From: Marsupella aquatica
Lineage: Eukaryota > Plantae > Marchantiophyta
Length of the DNA stretch: 64,000 nucleotides
Assembly: GCA_973895155.1 (NCBI GenBank)
Contig: OZ316896.1
Location: 21,393,543-21,457,542 of the forward strand
Direction: 5' to 3'
The translations under genes and the position numbers were made by a program. Below the pieces are notes generated by a model that was given only the letters and a program-made list of their open reading frames with translations, made no database searches and was not told the origin of the DNA. Each line of letters opens with the position of its first letter. The stretch's first letter is position 1. This document shows positions 1-12,538 of the stretch, one piece after another.

Positions 1-838
1 AGCCTCTCACATCTGATACAACGTCTCATCGGCATATCCGAAGTCTTTGCAGTGATAAAGGCATGTTCTTCAGCCGACATGATTTAATTTGGGTTCAACT
101 AGACTTCTGTTCAGAATCGAAACGTTGACTAGATATTCTGGACAAACGATCGACCAAAAAAAAAAACATTTATTGATTGAACGCACATCATATGAGGCTT
201 GAGGCAGATGGCATTCAGATCCTCCTGTTCCATTAAATTAATTTGTCCTTCAAGTTCAGTACAAATCTTATATATTTGTTCTAATATTCACTTCGAATTG
301 AAGTTGAAGCCCAATGGAACAAACAAGAACTTTGAAATGACTAAAAGAATGGAACAAATACAAACTCTGAGGTGACTAAAATATGGGTTTAATAATGAAA
401 AGATCAAAAATATCTTCGCGGAGCTTACTTTTCATCGGATAGGGAAGTGTGGTCACTTGAATCAGTATACAAGCTACTAAATTGTAGTTGAATGCCAACA
501 CTGCATAGGCTGTTAAGTAGAGTATGTTGGAATCGACACCACGGGCCTCTCTTCAACCCCCTTGGCCTGACTTTGCTAGCTAGATTTTTGAAACGTTACA
601 TTTGCCTTCATGATAGTTGCTAATTGATTCCGTTGAGGCCTTCTTCTCATTCTCAGAATTCAAGGCCTGACGATGCACTTCATTTTCCAGGCGATGTAGT
701 TCAATGTCTATTAATCATTGATCAGATCCACAAAATCTCCGTCCTCATGGACATTGGGAATACGGCAGCTTACGGCAGCTTAGCAGGGTTACGTTATCCT
801 CTCACTGCTTCCATTCTCCTTGATATAGGTATCATCCA

Positions 839-3800
839 TCAGGGCATGGCGGCAAGTTGCTGGATGTTAATGGGGCTAATAGCTGAGGTTGGGCCTGAGA
901 AAAAAGCTGATGCAATCTGTGCGTTCACAGCATCAGTGGGATGAAAGGGATCCCAGAAGAGATATGCATCTCTCTGTGGGCATGGTCTTATTCCAGTAAC
1001 GCAAGGGATTTGCCCATTATATTTGCCGAATCCACAACACCCTACGTTGACATTTATAAGACCTGTAATGAAAACCTCAGATCAGTCAGCTCTCTGCGCA
1101 GATTGTATTTAAAAGACCTGATTTTAGCCAGAGCTCTAACCAGCTACATTCTTATGCCGGTATGGTATTGAGGTTCATAATAAATTCCATGCAAGTCAAG
1201 CTCATAACAGAACTACCGGTAGTACAAAGAAGACACCAGTTATGTTCTTTTTAGATCAAATGACTCATTCTTCACTAGTTTAATGAAAGCCAGCTCTCCA
1301 GACTTCGAAGAGCCAAACAGTACGTACGTGCCTCAGAAAATCAGCTTATTTCTATCACATCGTGGCCTTCAAAGGTGAGTTAAGACTCAGCAACTCGAAG
1401 CAATTAAGAACAATTGAAGGACCGAATTGAGGGTGATTCGAACTTGGAAAATGTCATCTTACCATAACTGGCGGGACGGAGTATTTTGTCCATAACCAGG
1501 TCGTAAGCATTACCATAAACAAATGTGGATCCTGGTAGCTGCACAGTAAGCGTATTCAGGAGGAAGCTCAACGCCCTGTTGAAGCCCTGTACGTAACCAT
1601 TGATGTAGTCAACGCAAAGTCCGTCTTGGACGTTGCTCTGAGCAAGCTGCGATGGTATACACCCGAGTGGGCCTACGTTGAACACTGTGATCTTCCGAGC
1701 TCCCCAGTTGTAGAGTAGCTGGTGGGGAACGCAGTTCACGAGAAATGTGCAAGCCAATAAGCCATTTTGCCACAGCTAATCAGGGCCTTCCTAATCCGGG
1801 CCAGGCCAAATTGGCACTGAAAGGAGGCATCCAAACATATGTACGTACCTAGTATCCACATCTGAACATCATTTTAAAGAAAATTAGAAGCCATTCTAAA
1901 GAGGTAGGTAGGCAGCCAGGAGGTAAAAGGAGATCATTCTGCTTACCGTGAGCTGTCTGGAAATCTCAGCTATCAAGTAGTCTTCGTACTGCTGAGGTGT
2001 GTACTGCGGTTGTGTCGGAGAATCCGGAAGCAGATAGTTGTTGATGTAATCGTTGCTCCCAATTGCAAAGAAGTAGAGGGACTTTTGAAATAGTTGTGCA
2101 GCAGAAGTAGGAGTTAACAGCTGCTGAATCTGAGACTGGGTATTTTGGAAAAACTGTAACTGAGTGTTCATTGATATACGACCAATCTGCAGGTTCAGCA
2201 CCAAAGTTAGAGTGTTCATTGATATACGACCAATCTGCAGGTTCAGCACCAATGTTAGAGTGTTCATTGATATACGACCAATCTGCAGGTTCAGAACCAA
2301 AGTTAGAAAACTTGGTGAAACTGGAATTTTGTAGGGTGGTCCTCTAGCTGGTTCCTATTATTTTAGTTGTATATAATGTTTCTAGACATAACGCCACCTT
2401 AGTCGTGTCGTTGGACCTAGTCCCCAAGACTTGTGTGTCCTTGCTAGCTTTCCTCTTTGATATCTATTTCCACTGTAAAATCTTTGAAATGGGGTTCTGT
2501 ACCGAACATCTAGTCAATGACGTACTTACCTCAGGTTAGTTGCCATCGATCCAACCTGCAGTCTTCACATCACTTGGCTACGTTTACTTAGAAGGGTTTT
2601 AATGATGACTAAGGGTCACGTGCCAAACTCCGATGCTCGTGGTGGGTTCGCAATTTTGCGACTTCCTTGTGAAACACCGTTACATCTATGACCCAAGTGG
2701 TTTCGTCTTGCAACTTTATCTCAACATGCACGTCTTGAACAGACGCGTCAAGCAATCACTAGGTCTCAAGAAATAGGCTAACTACATAACATGTCTGGAA
2801 TGCTGTTTTCGGGTGTCTGATGGTCAAACAACTAAATTTTTAAACTCCAGGCAAGGTGAAAAGATGCTTTTAATATTAAACTTACTACGTTAATAATTAA
2901 GTCTATGTCGTTACGGGGGAACAAAACCAAACACTGGCAGAGAAATTCAATAGAGCTGGTCACGAGCGAGGGTGTAGAGTCAATGGATGATCAGACTGAG
3001 TGTACTAGCTTATTCAAATAGATCGACTCTAATTCAACTACCGTTGTGCAACATCTTTCTTCGCAGAGACAGCAGTAACTCGCAACTCAGACAAGGCAAA
3101 CATCATTGCATTGGGGATTAATTTGTCCCCTGGAAGTTCACCATTTATGACAAGCGTTTGACACGTAACTTTTAATTACTCGATAGTTGCTAGGCGTGCA
3201 AAATTTTCTGGGGAGTGTGATACAGACGTACGCACATAGTTGGCTCCTGTACCGTCGAGAATCCCAGCAGCTGCTGACGCATAGTTGACACCTTGTAGGA
3301 TGGCGAGCCCTCGAGTTGTTGGTGCCAAGTAAGCCGGAACGAAAGGCAGGTTCATCAGTTGAGCTGGTTAAACGACGGGAGACAGCTCGTTAGAATCGAT
3401 CTCGAAAATTTGAACACCCTTATTTCAACCACCAACTAATTATAAATTTTTCCTGGAAGAACCATGTCAATCTATGGCTGTAATGAATGGAAATGAAGGG
3501 AAATAAAGATACAGATTGACGTATTTCATAGAGCCACTGAGTCTATGTACAGAATGTCCTCGAACAGAATGTGCTCAAAACAATTAGAATTTGGAAGCAG
3601 TCTTGATAGATAATCTTGGAAGAAGAAAATGAGATCATCATGGCATGAGGTAAGTCCCGTACATACGACGTCTGATACCGTTCGGCCATTACAGAATCTC
3701 CCTGTAGCCTGACCATTTGGGAAGTCTATACCGTTGGGATAAAAATTAGACCGCGCGATGGTCGGAATGTAATTGTTGTTGCCGGGGTCAACCAGTGAGT

Positions 3801-3900
3801 CCCCAAACACAAACACGGCAGGCATGAGAGGAGGCACTTGCGCTCCGATTAGCATACAACTGTGCACCACGATCACCGTGGTAATCAACAACAGCGCCAT
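839..3900 (-). CDS. GDSL esterase/lipase (SGNH hydrolase), secreted, 5 exons
   Basis: Exons read with GT-AG junctions and consistent phases: 3900-3663, 3363-3236, 2186(or 2234/2282)-1947, 1718-1463, 1062-839. Signal peptide, FVFGDSLVDPGNN, ATGRFCNG, GVNYASAAAGIL, IGSNDY and FWDPFHPT (catalytic DxxH); stop TGA at 841-839. Confidence 0.93.
2164..2306. repeat. 3 x 48-bp tandem duplication spanning the GDSL intron 2/exon 3 acceptor
   Basis: The unit gtgttcattgatatacgaccaatctgcaggttcagcaccaaagttaga recurs with a 48-bp period; the peptide VLNLQIGRISMNT appears three times in ORF 1896..2300. Confidence 0.9.
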
Positions 3901-5914
3901 CGGCTAAAGTCTTCCTGATGATCAAAACCACTGCAGATTCCACCACAGCTCAATCCAACGAGACTATATAAGTGGTCATGGGGAGTGGTCATGGGGAGTT
4001 GCCCAGAACTTCAACCTAACATTATAACTCGTTTGTGAGTTCCACCACGATATCATAGATTGATTCTGCTAGATGTGCAATCCTTGGGTTCTCAGAAGAG
4101 GGCCATATCAAAGAGGTCGAGTCTGTACCATATATACAAAACTTTCCAAACCAGTTCAACAAGTGTCTAGATTTAAGGGTTACCGACGATATTGATCTTT
4201 ACTTGTTTGAATGTGCTTCTTTTGCCTGACACATACGGTACACACATGGTGAAACCGACCGACTGTAACAATAGGGCAATTCGACTTCAAGTTGAGGGCC
4301 GGTCGATCCAGCAAGACGGCCTGGTACAGCAAGAGAAACTTGCTGAAGGGAGAAGAATCAAATGCTGCGAACTAGATACAGGTACAACATCATTGTTCCA
4401 TAAATAAATAGAGGAGTACTGATTGTTGCTGCATTGGATGTTAAAAACTAACTTGTTACTGTAGCCCCATCTTGTACTGTACGATTCTCATCTCCAGCAT
4501 ATTTTGAGAAAAGTCGGATCTTACGGAAGTACCGTAGTTTCAACATCGTATTGAAGGGGAAAATATTATGTCCATTGGTTCCAGCGGCCAGACAAGCTTG
4601 TTAGCAGGCAGAAAGCAATGTCAATCAATGTGACCAATTCAAGTAACACAGCTTCAACTTTGTTTCCCAGAATAATGTGTAAAGCGTAGCCGTACCTAGT
4701 CCACGGGACAAACGGAATACCAAAACTGCAGAGTAACATTCGGCATTGCTTCTTCTGGTATTCCAGTGGCATAGTAACAGGGTATTAGTGGGAACTTATT
4801 AATATGGCGTCCAAAAGGTATGATCATTTGCATAGAGATGACCAAGGAAGCTGTTCTGGATAGATCGACAGAATGTACTTGGTGCCTCGACGCCCACCAG
4901 ACATACTAAGTGCTGAAGGGACTAGTTTTGAGTACTTCCTTTAGAAGCAGTACTGTATAATGTGTGGATCCCGGTGTAAATCTTAGGGCTCGAAACAACT
5001 TACCGCCATCCGCAAGCCAACTAATGTCTTTCGAGGAATTAAAAGGGTGACTCAAACTTAATTTAACACAGCTGCTGCCATTAACAGGATCTAGATCAAA
5101 TATTGTGGTGTTGAGTTCCAGACCTAGAAGTTCTTTATGTCTGAGAGTGGTGGAGATGGCGAATGCTTGACAAATCGTTTCCTGTAACAGCCTCAAGTAC
5201 ATCAAGTAACACTCAGAGTACAGCACCTCCAATCCTGCAGTAGGTGGGATGACTTAGATGGAGACGTCACAAATTTATATCTAGAATTGGATCGATCGAA
5301 AGACATTGTACACCCAATTGGAATTGCTTCAATGATCACTCCGTGGCTCTCTCTCGACTATTGACAGTCCCTGCAACAAGTCATGTGCTTAATTCCGTTG
5401 GTGAGGGGAGTGTACGTAGCTGCATTGATTGTATGCGTGATCGCGTCACGGGTCCAAATTGATGCTGGTGGTAGTCATACCGTGATGATTGTGCATAAGG
5501 CGGGGCAGAGGGTCCCATTACTAAAAGCTTGTACCCAGTTGAAGCTCGTGGTACTCGTACCCCAATTAAACTGTACGCCCTCGATCCCTCTAATTTAAAG
5601 GCTGCCATAGTTGATAGCGACTTATACAGCGTAGGTGAATGGTATCTCCAACGTGTCATTGCTTCCACTGATTTGATAGATATTCACTCATGGTCATTCA
5701 TTGATTCCTAGATTTGAGCTAGCGCCGAGCGCTGCCTATGGTCATTGTATTCCGTGTTTAGACGTTGATTTCTTGAGGTCCGACATTTATTTGGGTACGT
5801 CTTGGCTCTGGGTTTATTTGGGTACGTCTTGGCTATTGCTTCGAAATTCAAATCAAATTGGAACTGCATGACTCTGATCAACCTCAGACATGAGGCTCCA
5901 TGACGAACCTCAGT

Positions 5915-6392
5915 CCCGGGTATGCAACTCCCCTTTTTATAAATTAAGTTTTTAATTCTTTATAATGACCCTATATCCTTAGATCATCTTAGATTTCATT
6001 TTAGTTTACTAAAGTCTTGTACCTCTCAACTCAAGGAATCCAAAAATGTAACTAAAAAAAAATTCTGAATATGTTTTGATGTATAAAAAGTTGATCAAAA
6101 CCAAATTATATGACTTTTTTTTAATACAGGGTCTACAGCCAAACTAGCCAGCTTTTTAGGATTTTTATTAAAATTTTAAAAATCTTTTAATAAAAACTAC
6201 AACATGTATAGGAATATTTTTTAATTTCATATGGAAAAAGAGGAGAACCAAACCTTTTTATATGACTTGAAAATTTTTTTAAGTGGAAAACCCAGGTTTT
6301 TTCAAATTTTAATAATTTTGTATAGCCAACTTTTTAGTCCATATAAAAATGTAGACCCCTGCCAATTATACAAGAGTTGTTGTGTACCCGGG
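5915..6392. mobile_element. Non-autonomous TIR element (MITE-like) with 8-bp TSD
   Basis: Termini cccgggtatgcaac ... gttgtgtacccggg (14-bp TIR, 2 mismatches), flanked by the direct repeat ACCTCAGT (5907-5914 and 6393-6400). AT-rich interior. A similar right-end fragment occurs near 7563-7587. Confidence 0.7.
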
Positions 6393-8410
6393 ACCTCAGT
6401 CAAATTAATTTGGCTTAAGTAGTGATGGAGGTCAACTGGTACATCATGTAACACTTTGAAAATCGAGAGAAAAGCACGAACTCTCTCTAATTAAAGACAT
6501 TCGATCTTACATATAAGAATCTCGTGTCCTAGAGATTTTCGGAGAGGCCTATCTCTTTTTTCTAAAGGGCCTTCTGAGTATTATAGTTAGTAGTGCTATA
6601 ATACTCAGAACCTTGAATGGTGAGACTCGATCATATTCCTTGTATGCGTCGGCTTGCTTTGAATGGTAGAATTTAATAAGAGCTGCTCTCAATTGTAGAG
6701 CACTCTACATAATCTACATAATTATGTAGGATCTGTTTTGGGTTTGACTCAGTTCAGTCTTGTGGTTTATTACTACCTCCATTTGGTCAGATGAATTGCA
6801 AAACCTTAATTCTTAGAAAGACAGATGAAGGTCTTGAATGTGTGCAGAGCTTCCAATTCACAGAGAATTCAGTTTGCAAGCCAGGCTAAATGTGGCAGCT
6901 CTCGATCTTCGCAAAGCAATCCTGCACTTCATTAATTTCAACGTGAGATTCGTGAAGTTTAACCTACTGGGGGGGTTAGCAATTGCTGAGAAATGAGATT
7001 GGAAGGATTGCTTCCAGAGGATATTTCGTGAAGACGGCTCATGTGCTCTCTTTCCACCTAAACCACGAACACTAAACCACGAACTCTGCCATAGCTTTTG
7101 CTCACAAGCCCAATTAATTTCAATTTACCAATGTATGCTTGGAGCAAGTCAACTTACACGTTAATGCGTTAACAGAATCCCCTAACCCCTCTAATGACTG
7201 CAGAAAACTTTGTGAGAAAAAAATGGTAGAAACAATATTCCAAATTAACCTATCTTCACAAGTGTTTGTCTAAACACATGGGCATGTTCACTACTACAAA
7301 TTACTCGCCTTCACTGAAATTTTATCATTGCAAACTTACGACACCATATGCTTCATAAGTTTTTTCCATATAATCCATGCGTTTGTAAATCAAATGTGAC
7401 TCAAAATACTAAATATCTATTGATTCACTTCTAGGCTAGATAGGATAAATTCATATTTGATGTGATCTAATCACATTTACGTATCCAGTTTGATAAAAGG
7501 ATTATAATTGATTTTTCTTATAGTCAACTTCATAGTCAGTATAAATATGTATAAACCTGCCTATTATACAAGAATTGTGTACCCGGGAGTGTGCAACTTG
7601 ATAAATTTGACACGAAGAGTGGAAATTTGTGCAGGGATCTACACAATTTTGCAACCAGGTCTTGTCATTTATAGTCAAGCTTATTAATGAAGAAAAAAAG
7701 TCCAATAGGACTGTCACATTTGCCACTGTCTAGAGTTCTAATAATTGCACAATCATCTCTATTTCAGTCTCCCAAGCCAACTTTTAAAAAAAAAAAAAGG
7801 GTTTTTAGCAAGCCCAATTTGATATAGTTAATATTCTTTTCATTTTCATTTTGCCTACAGGGCTTTGTTAAATCTACCAAGCAGTAATTATTGGGGTGGA
7901 GTGGGCAGCAGCAACAGGGACTGGTATGGGACGGGCAGTGTACAATCTGAAAAATGGGGGAACATTAATTCAGCATAGATTTAATCCACGGTTCTAAGGG
8001 CAGACTACTATGCTATTCCATTAGTTTTGAATTTATTTGGTACTCCAGATGTCTCTAATTTTCTTTCTCTACCCTCCCTTTCATAATTCTTTCCTCATTC
8101 TAAATGATTGCTTTCTATTTTGGCCTCTTTTCAAGGCCTATGATCTTGATCAGAACAAACAGATGACTGCAATGCTGAACCCCAACCCACCAGATGCACC
8201 AGTGTGGTACACAATAACTCTGCATAGCACTTTATTGACATCATATATATTATATAAGTTTTTATTAGTACTCAGGCCATGTATCTCGCACCTGTTCCCC
8301 TTTGATTATTAAGTAGGGTGAACCATGATCTGCGAAAGCAAAGATAATTAAATGTACTATGTACTACCGAGAGAGCCTAAAGAGATCGAAGATAAAGATC
8401 TGGAGCCAAT

Positions 8411-8460
8411 GATCACTAGCAAAAGACTGATCACTAGCAAAAGACTGATCACTAGCAAAA
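8411..8460. repeat. 18-bp tandem repeat (about 3 copies)
   Basis: gatcactagcaaaagact x ~2.8. Confidence 0.8.
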
Positions 8461-8868
8461 CCCCACTAATAAGAGATTTAACCATCTGCAAGGGAGAAAA
8501 ACCCCAAAAGGAAATTACCACTAAAGTACAAGGATCACAACAACAAATAAATGTGAATCCCAGAAAAACAACCTACAAATCATTCAAGGAGGGTCAAAAA
8601 CCCAAAAAGCGCGAAGCTCCACCATTCCCTCCCTCATTCCTTCCTCAAGGAGTTACGTAACCATCCACAAGGGTGAATAAATGTGAATCCCAGAAAAACA
8701 ACCTAAAAATCAGACTTCAGTCCACCTCCCGACCAAAGTTACTTTCCAAGTTTCCCAATAACTCCAGCCAACGCTTCCCAGTCTACTTTTCTTCTCATGC
8801 ATGACTCGTTGGTTTACTTATGCCACAGTTTCTGCACTAACAACATTTTCACAGACTCACATTAATTA

Positions 8869-10569
8869 TTATGTCCTCATCATCTCCACTGTCAGGTCCG
8901 TGACATTAAACGAAACAGAATCGTGCTCCTGATCCCATGTGGGAACGAACGTGATTGTCACAGACTTTTGACGAATGATATTCAAAATCTGGAGTGAATC
9001 TCTGATGCCAATAGATTTCGTGAACTTCCGAGAGACACTCGGGTCCATTCCAGCACACAGCCCTTCGGCATCAACAGTCACGCTACCCAGAAACTCTGCA
9101 CAATGCTGAGGGGTGCTCTCGTCGGCCTCTGGGAGCTCCAAAAACATGTGGACCAGCACGCTGATGTCGAAGGGCTTTCGCACGACCCCACTAATCACTA
9201 ACACCTCATCATAGACCGACCAATCATCGTTGCTCCTGAATGCATCGGGCCTGAACACAGGCAAGGTGATTATGTCGTTCCTTGCTCGTTCTAGGGGAAC
9301 TTCTGCCCCATTCTTTTCTTTCTGGAATAGCCTTCTGACAGACATGGCAATAGCTCTATATGTGCCCCCGGTGACCAAATGACGCCAGAATTGTCTCAAT
9401 ATGCTGGCTTGGGCGTACTTGGGATCTACTTCCCGAATTGATTTCGGCGTGTAGTTCACCCAGTCAGGTTCTACTTGCTCGTAGGCGACCTTGAAGTTGC
9501 TGAAATTGAGAGTATCTCGAACATTGACACGCACCAGGTCCGCATGCTCATCATAGAAGAGGAACTCGGACTCAAACCAGTCAGCCTCATCCAAGTCGTG
9601 CCCTCCCCAGCTCTTCCACATCAACCACAATCGGTCAATTTGAGAGTGGTGGGCAAGGAAGATGGGGTCCCGTCCTGATGAGTAAGTGGGCCTCATATCC
9701 TCTCCAGCTGGATTGTCGTAGTCACCAGTCCAACGATGGACAGCGGAATGTGGACCTGACGTGAGTACACCTCCATCCAGCCAGGTCCTGACATCTCCCT
9801 CAGACCTTTGTCTCCCGTAGAAGGCGTATGGTGTTCGGACTTGGCCGATCATCGCCCGCCACAAGTTATAATAGTTATCTTGCAACAACACATCAGAATC
9901 CTTAATTGCAGGAGCACGTTCATCCTCGTAGTATTGTAAGTCGACCCTGATAGGAGGTTGGTGTAATTTAGATCGTTTTTCATCGTAAAGGCTAGAGTTC
10001 TTGTTGGTGAATATGGATGGTATGACGTTGGCGGGTGGGTTATGTTCGTTCTGCACATCCCACGCCCAGTAGGGAATGGCGAAGGTATCATCACCTATAA
10101 GACTTGCCAGAATTCTCTCGTAGAAATACACGTACCAGCGATGGAATGGAAATGAAAGCCAACTAATGTGCACATCCAGTTCTTCGGAAGAATTCAATTC
10201 TTTGTAAGCTCCTGCACCGTAGGAACAATGGAGTCTGGACTGCGCGTCGAAGGAGCGAGGGTCTTCTGGCGGGAGAGCTTTCATGAGCTCCACTGCTCGC
10301 TCATACTTGCGGACGAACTCATCGTCTAATTTGTGAGCCGGTTTGCGGACCCGCACAGGCAGGTCCAAGTCGAATTTGAAATCCTTGATGGGCCTGCTTG
10401 TGTCAACAAAGCAGCAGTCTATTGCCTCAGCAGCAGTTTTCGTAGGAGGAATCACTGGCTGACAAGTATTCAAGTCTGGGCCTAGCATGGGAAGTCCTTC
10501 GACAAATACTGCCGTTGATGAGATGAAGACCACCACTGAGCAGATGGCAGCGTGCACACCTATCGACAT
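8869..10569 (-). CDS. PPO: Polyphenol oxidase (type-3 copper tyrosinase family), intronless, secretory-type N-terminus
   Basis: CuA region (RLHCSY ... DVHISWLSFPFHRWY), CuB region (PHSAVH ... DPIFLAHHSQIDRLW), DWF (DWL-type) motif and C-terminal shielding domain (EVLVISG, EFLGS). First ATG at 10569 (the ORF track starts at a TTG, 10584), followed by a hydrophobic signal-like peptide. Confidence 0.93.
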   Translation of the reverse strand: MSIGVHAAICSVVVFISSTAVFVEGLPMLGPDLNTCQPVIPPTKTAAEAIDCCFVDTSRPIKDFKFDLDLPVRVRKPAHKLDDEFVRKYERAVELMKALPPEDPRSFDAQSRLHCSYGAGAYKELNSSEELDVHISWLSFPFHRWYVYFYERILASLIGDDTFAIPYWAWDVQNEHNPPANVIPSIFTNKNSSLYDEKRSKLHQPPIRVDLQYYEDERAPAIKDSDVLLQDNYYNLWRAMIGQVRTPYAFYGRQRSEGDVRTWLDGGVLTSGPHSAVHRWTGDYDNPAGEDMRPTYSSGRDPIFLAHHSQIDRLWLMWKSWGGHDLDEADWFESEFLFYDEHADLVRVNVRDTLNFSNFKVAYEQVEPDWVNYTPKSIREVDPKYAQASILRQFWRHLVTGGTYRAIAMSVRRLFQKEKNGAEVPLERARNDIITLPVFRPDAFRSNDDWSVYDEVLVISGVVRKPFDISVLVHMFLELPEADESTPQHCAEFLGSVTVDAEGLCAGMDPSVSRKFTKSIGIRDSLQILNIIRQKSVTITFVPTWDQEHDSVSFNVTDLTVEMMRT

Positions 10570-12365
10570 CTTCCCTTGTGTCAATTGATCAAGCGGGCCG
10601 GTGCTGCTGCTGTCCCTCGGTCATCACTATTCGCAACAAATGCCAGTCAGAACAAGGACCTGGACCAGGCAGGAACTTCAGATAATAACCAATTGATTGC
10701 TGTTCAAATCAATCCTCTTGTGTCCATGTAAATGGTCAGTTTCAAAGTGAAGCAACACAGCATGGCAGTTAAGAATCCCGTTACTGCAGCGGCAGAAGGT
10801 AATCGGGAAAATAGCATCCTGCATTGGCTTCCTTAACAAATTAATTAAGAGATTGAAGTGCTTGAATTTTCCAACAGTCTAATTATCTTCAACTCGTCCT
10901 CAATCACTAGCGTTGGTCGAGTCACCAATCCTAAGGACTGACTCCCTCAGTGTTTCGTCAGAGAGTCCAACTGATTGAGATTGATAGCATAGAAATGCAA
11001 CGACTTGAGACTGGAGTCGATGTGATTATGTCTTATCCAGTGTAAATAACCTGAATGATCAAACTAACAAGCATGATATTAAGATGATGAATACAAAAGC
11101 TTTGAACTCTCAACCTGAAATCCAACGCCAATAGAATGGGTTGACGGAACTTCTGGACGTAATGATGAAGTTACATCCCTCATCATCACCTATTTCTTGT
11201 GAAAGCAAAATATGAAAATAACCCAATCATGAAAAGAAAAAAAGAAAAAAAGGTTCACCTTCCTAAACATCGTTGTACGTTCCAGGAGTTTGTTCGGCCG
11301 TGATTCCGTGAAGATGAATGTCATCAACACCTCTAGAAGTAAAACTAGGAAAGGTTTCCACTCAATGACTCCAGCCGCATTAATACAAGAGGTTCACCGC
11401 ACTTCCATGGCCCATACATATGTAGGAAGGGAACCAAATGATCTTAACTTTGATATTCCGTGCCGCTTGAAACGGCGGTGATATACAACTCTCTGCTGAA
11501 AATGAAAACATCCTTCGTGACAAGTGCAGAAATTTTGGTACTGGTCGTGGGACGAACTGGCTGCCTACTTTTGGACTTCCATGCTCGGATTTGTTCACTC
11601 GAGCAAATACTAAAAGCAAACCAAAACAACATTCATTGGAGCTCTTGATCTCTTGCGCAACACAATAATTGTACCTTTGCCTCAGACAAAGGCTAATCGC
11701 AGACCGAAATCCCAGGAAAGGAAATCCAGAAAGGACCGTCTCTGCATAGCCTGGGTAACTGGATTATGCAGGACGTAATATCTATGGAGGGACGAGGGCG
11801 CAGAGATGTGAAATGGATTGGCGCTCATAAATGCAAACCAATCGGGCAAGAAAAAGCCAAAAAGTGCAATTGTATCTTACCTGCTGTGAACCATCAATCT
11901 CTTGAGCTCTAGGTGGAGCGCCGCTGACAAACAACGACCCGCTTCTCGGCCTCCTTCTCCTACATTCAATTCGAAACAAGATGCTTCTGGCTATCTACCA
12001 ACTCTGATTCGACTCTGCTATGTGTGAAACGCCAAATCCATTAATATGGGTGAAGCTGCAGACCATAAATCTAAGTAAAGGTCAGTTTAAGTTTACGTCC
12101 TCCACAAACAACAGCCTTTTGCATCAAAAGTGACAATGCTATTATCCACACATTTGTGGGCAATGTGTGGCAAAGGAGGGGCGAACCTAGTTCTTTCCGG
12201 TCTAGACATTATTGCCTATCATGCCTATCAGAGAGATACTTGATGGACCACCAAAATGCAAAGTGTTTCGTGATGGACCCATGAGTGATCCAGACCATTT
12301 GTAGATCCCCAATAATTGTGCCCAAAAGCTCATGGGGTTCATCAAGTATATCTTTCCAAACCTAT

Positions 12366-12538
12366 CACTTCCATGCTGACTTTCTAGGTATCAGATAATA
12401 TTGTCACATCTAATCATAATTATGATTGGAGCTTTCCGACCACTTCACAATGCACTTCCATGCTGACTTTCTAGGTATCAAATAATATTGTCACATCTAA
12501 TCATAATTATGATAATTCTAGCTTTCCTACCACTTCAC
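12366..12538. repeat. Tandem duplication of about 87 bp
   Basis: cacttccatgctgactttctaggtatca...cacttcaca occurs twice in tandem. Confidence 0.8.

Noticed and set aside
4500-5720. Possible decayed gene between GDSL and PPO
   Set aside because: Short broken ORFs with no motif I can recognise.
11100-11700. Possible transposase or gene remnant
   Set aside because: Overlapping short ORFs without a diagnostic motif.
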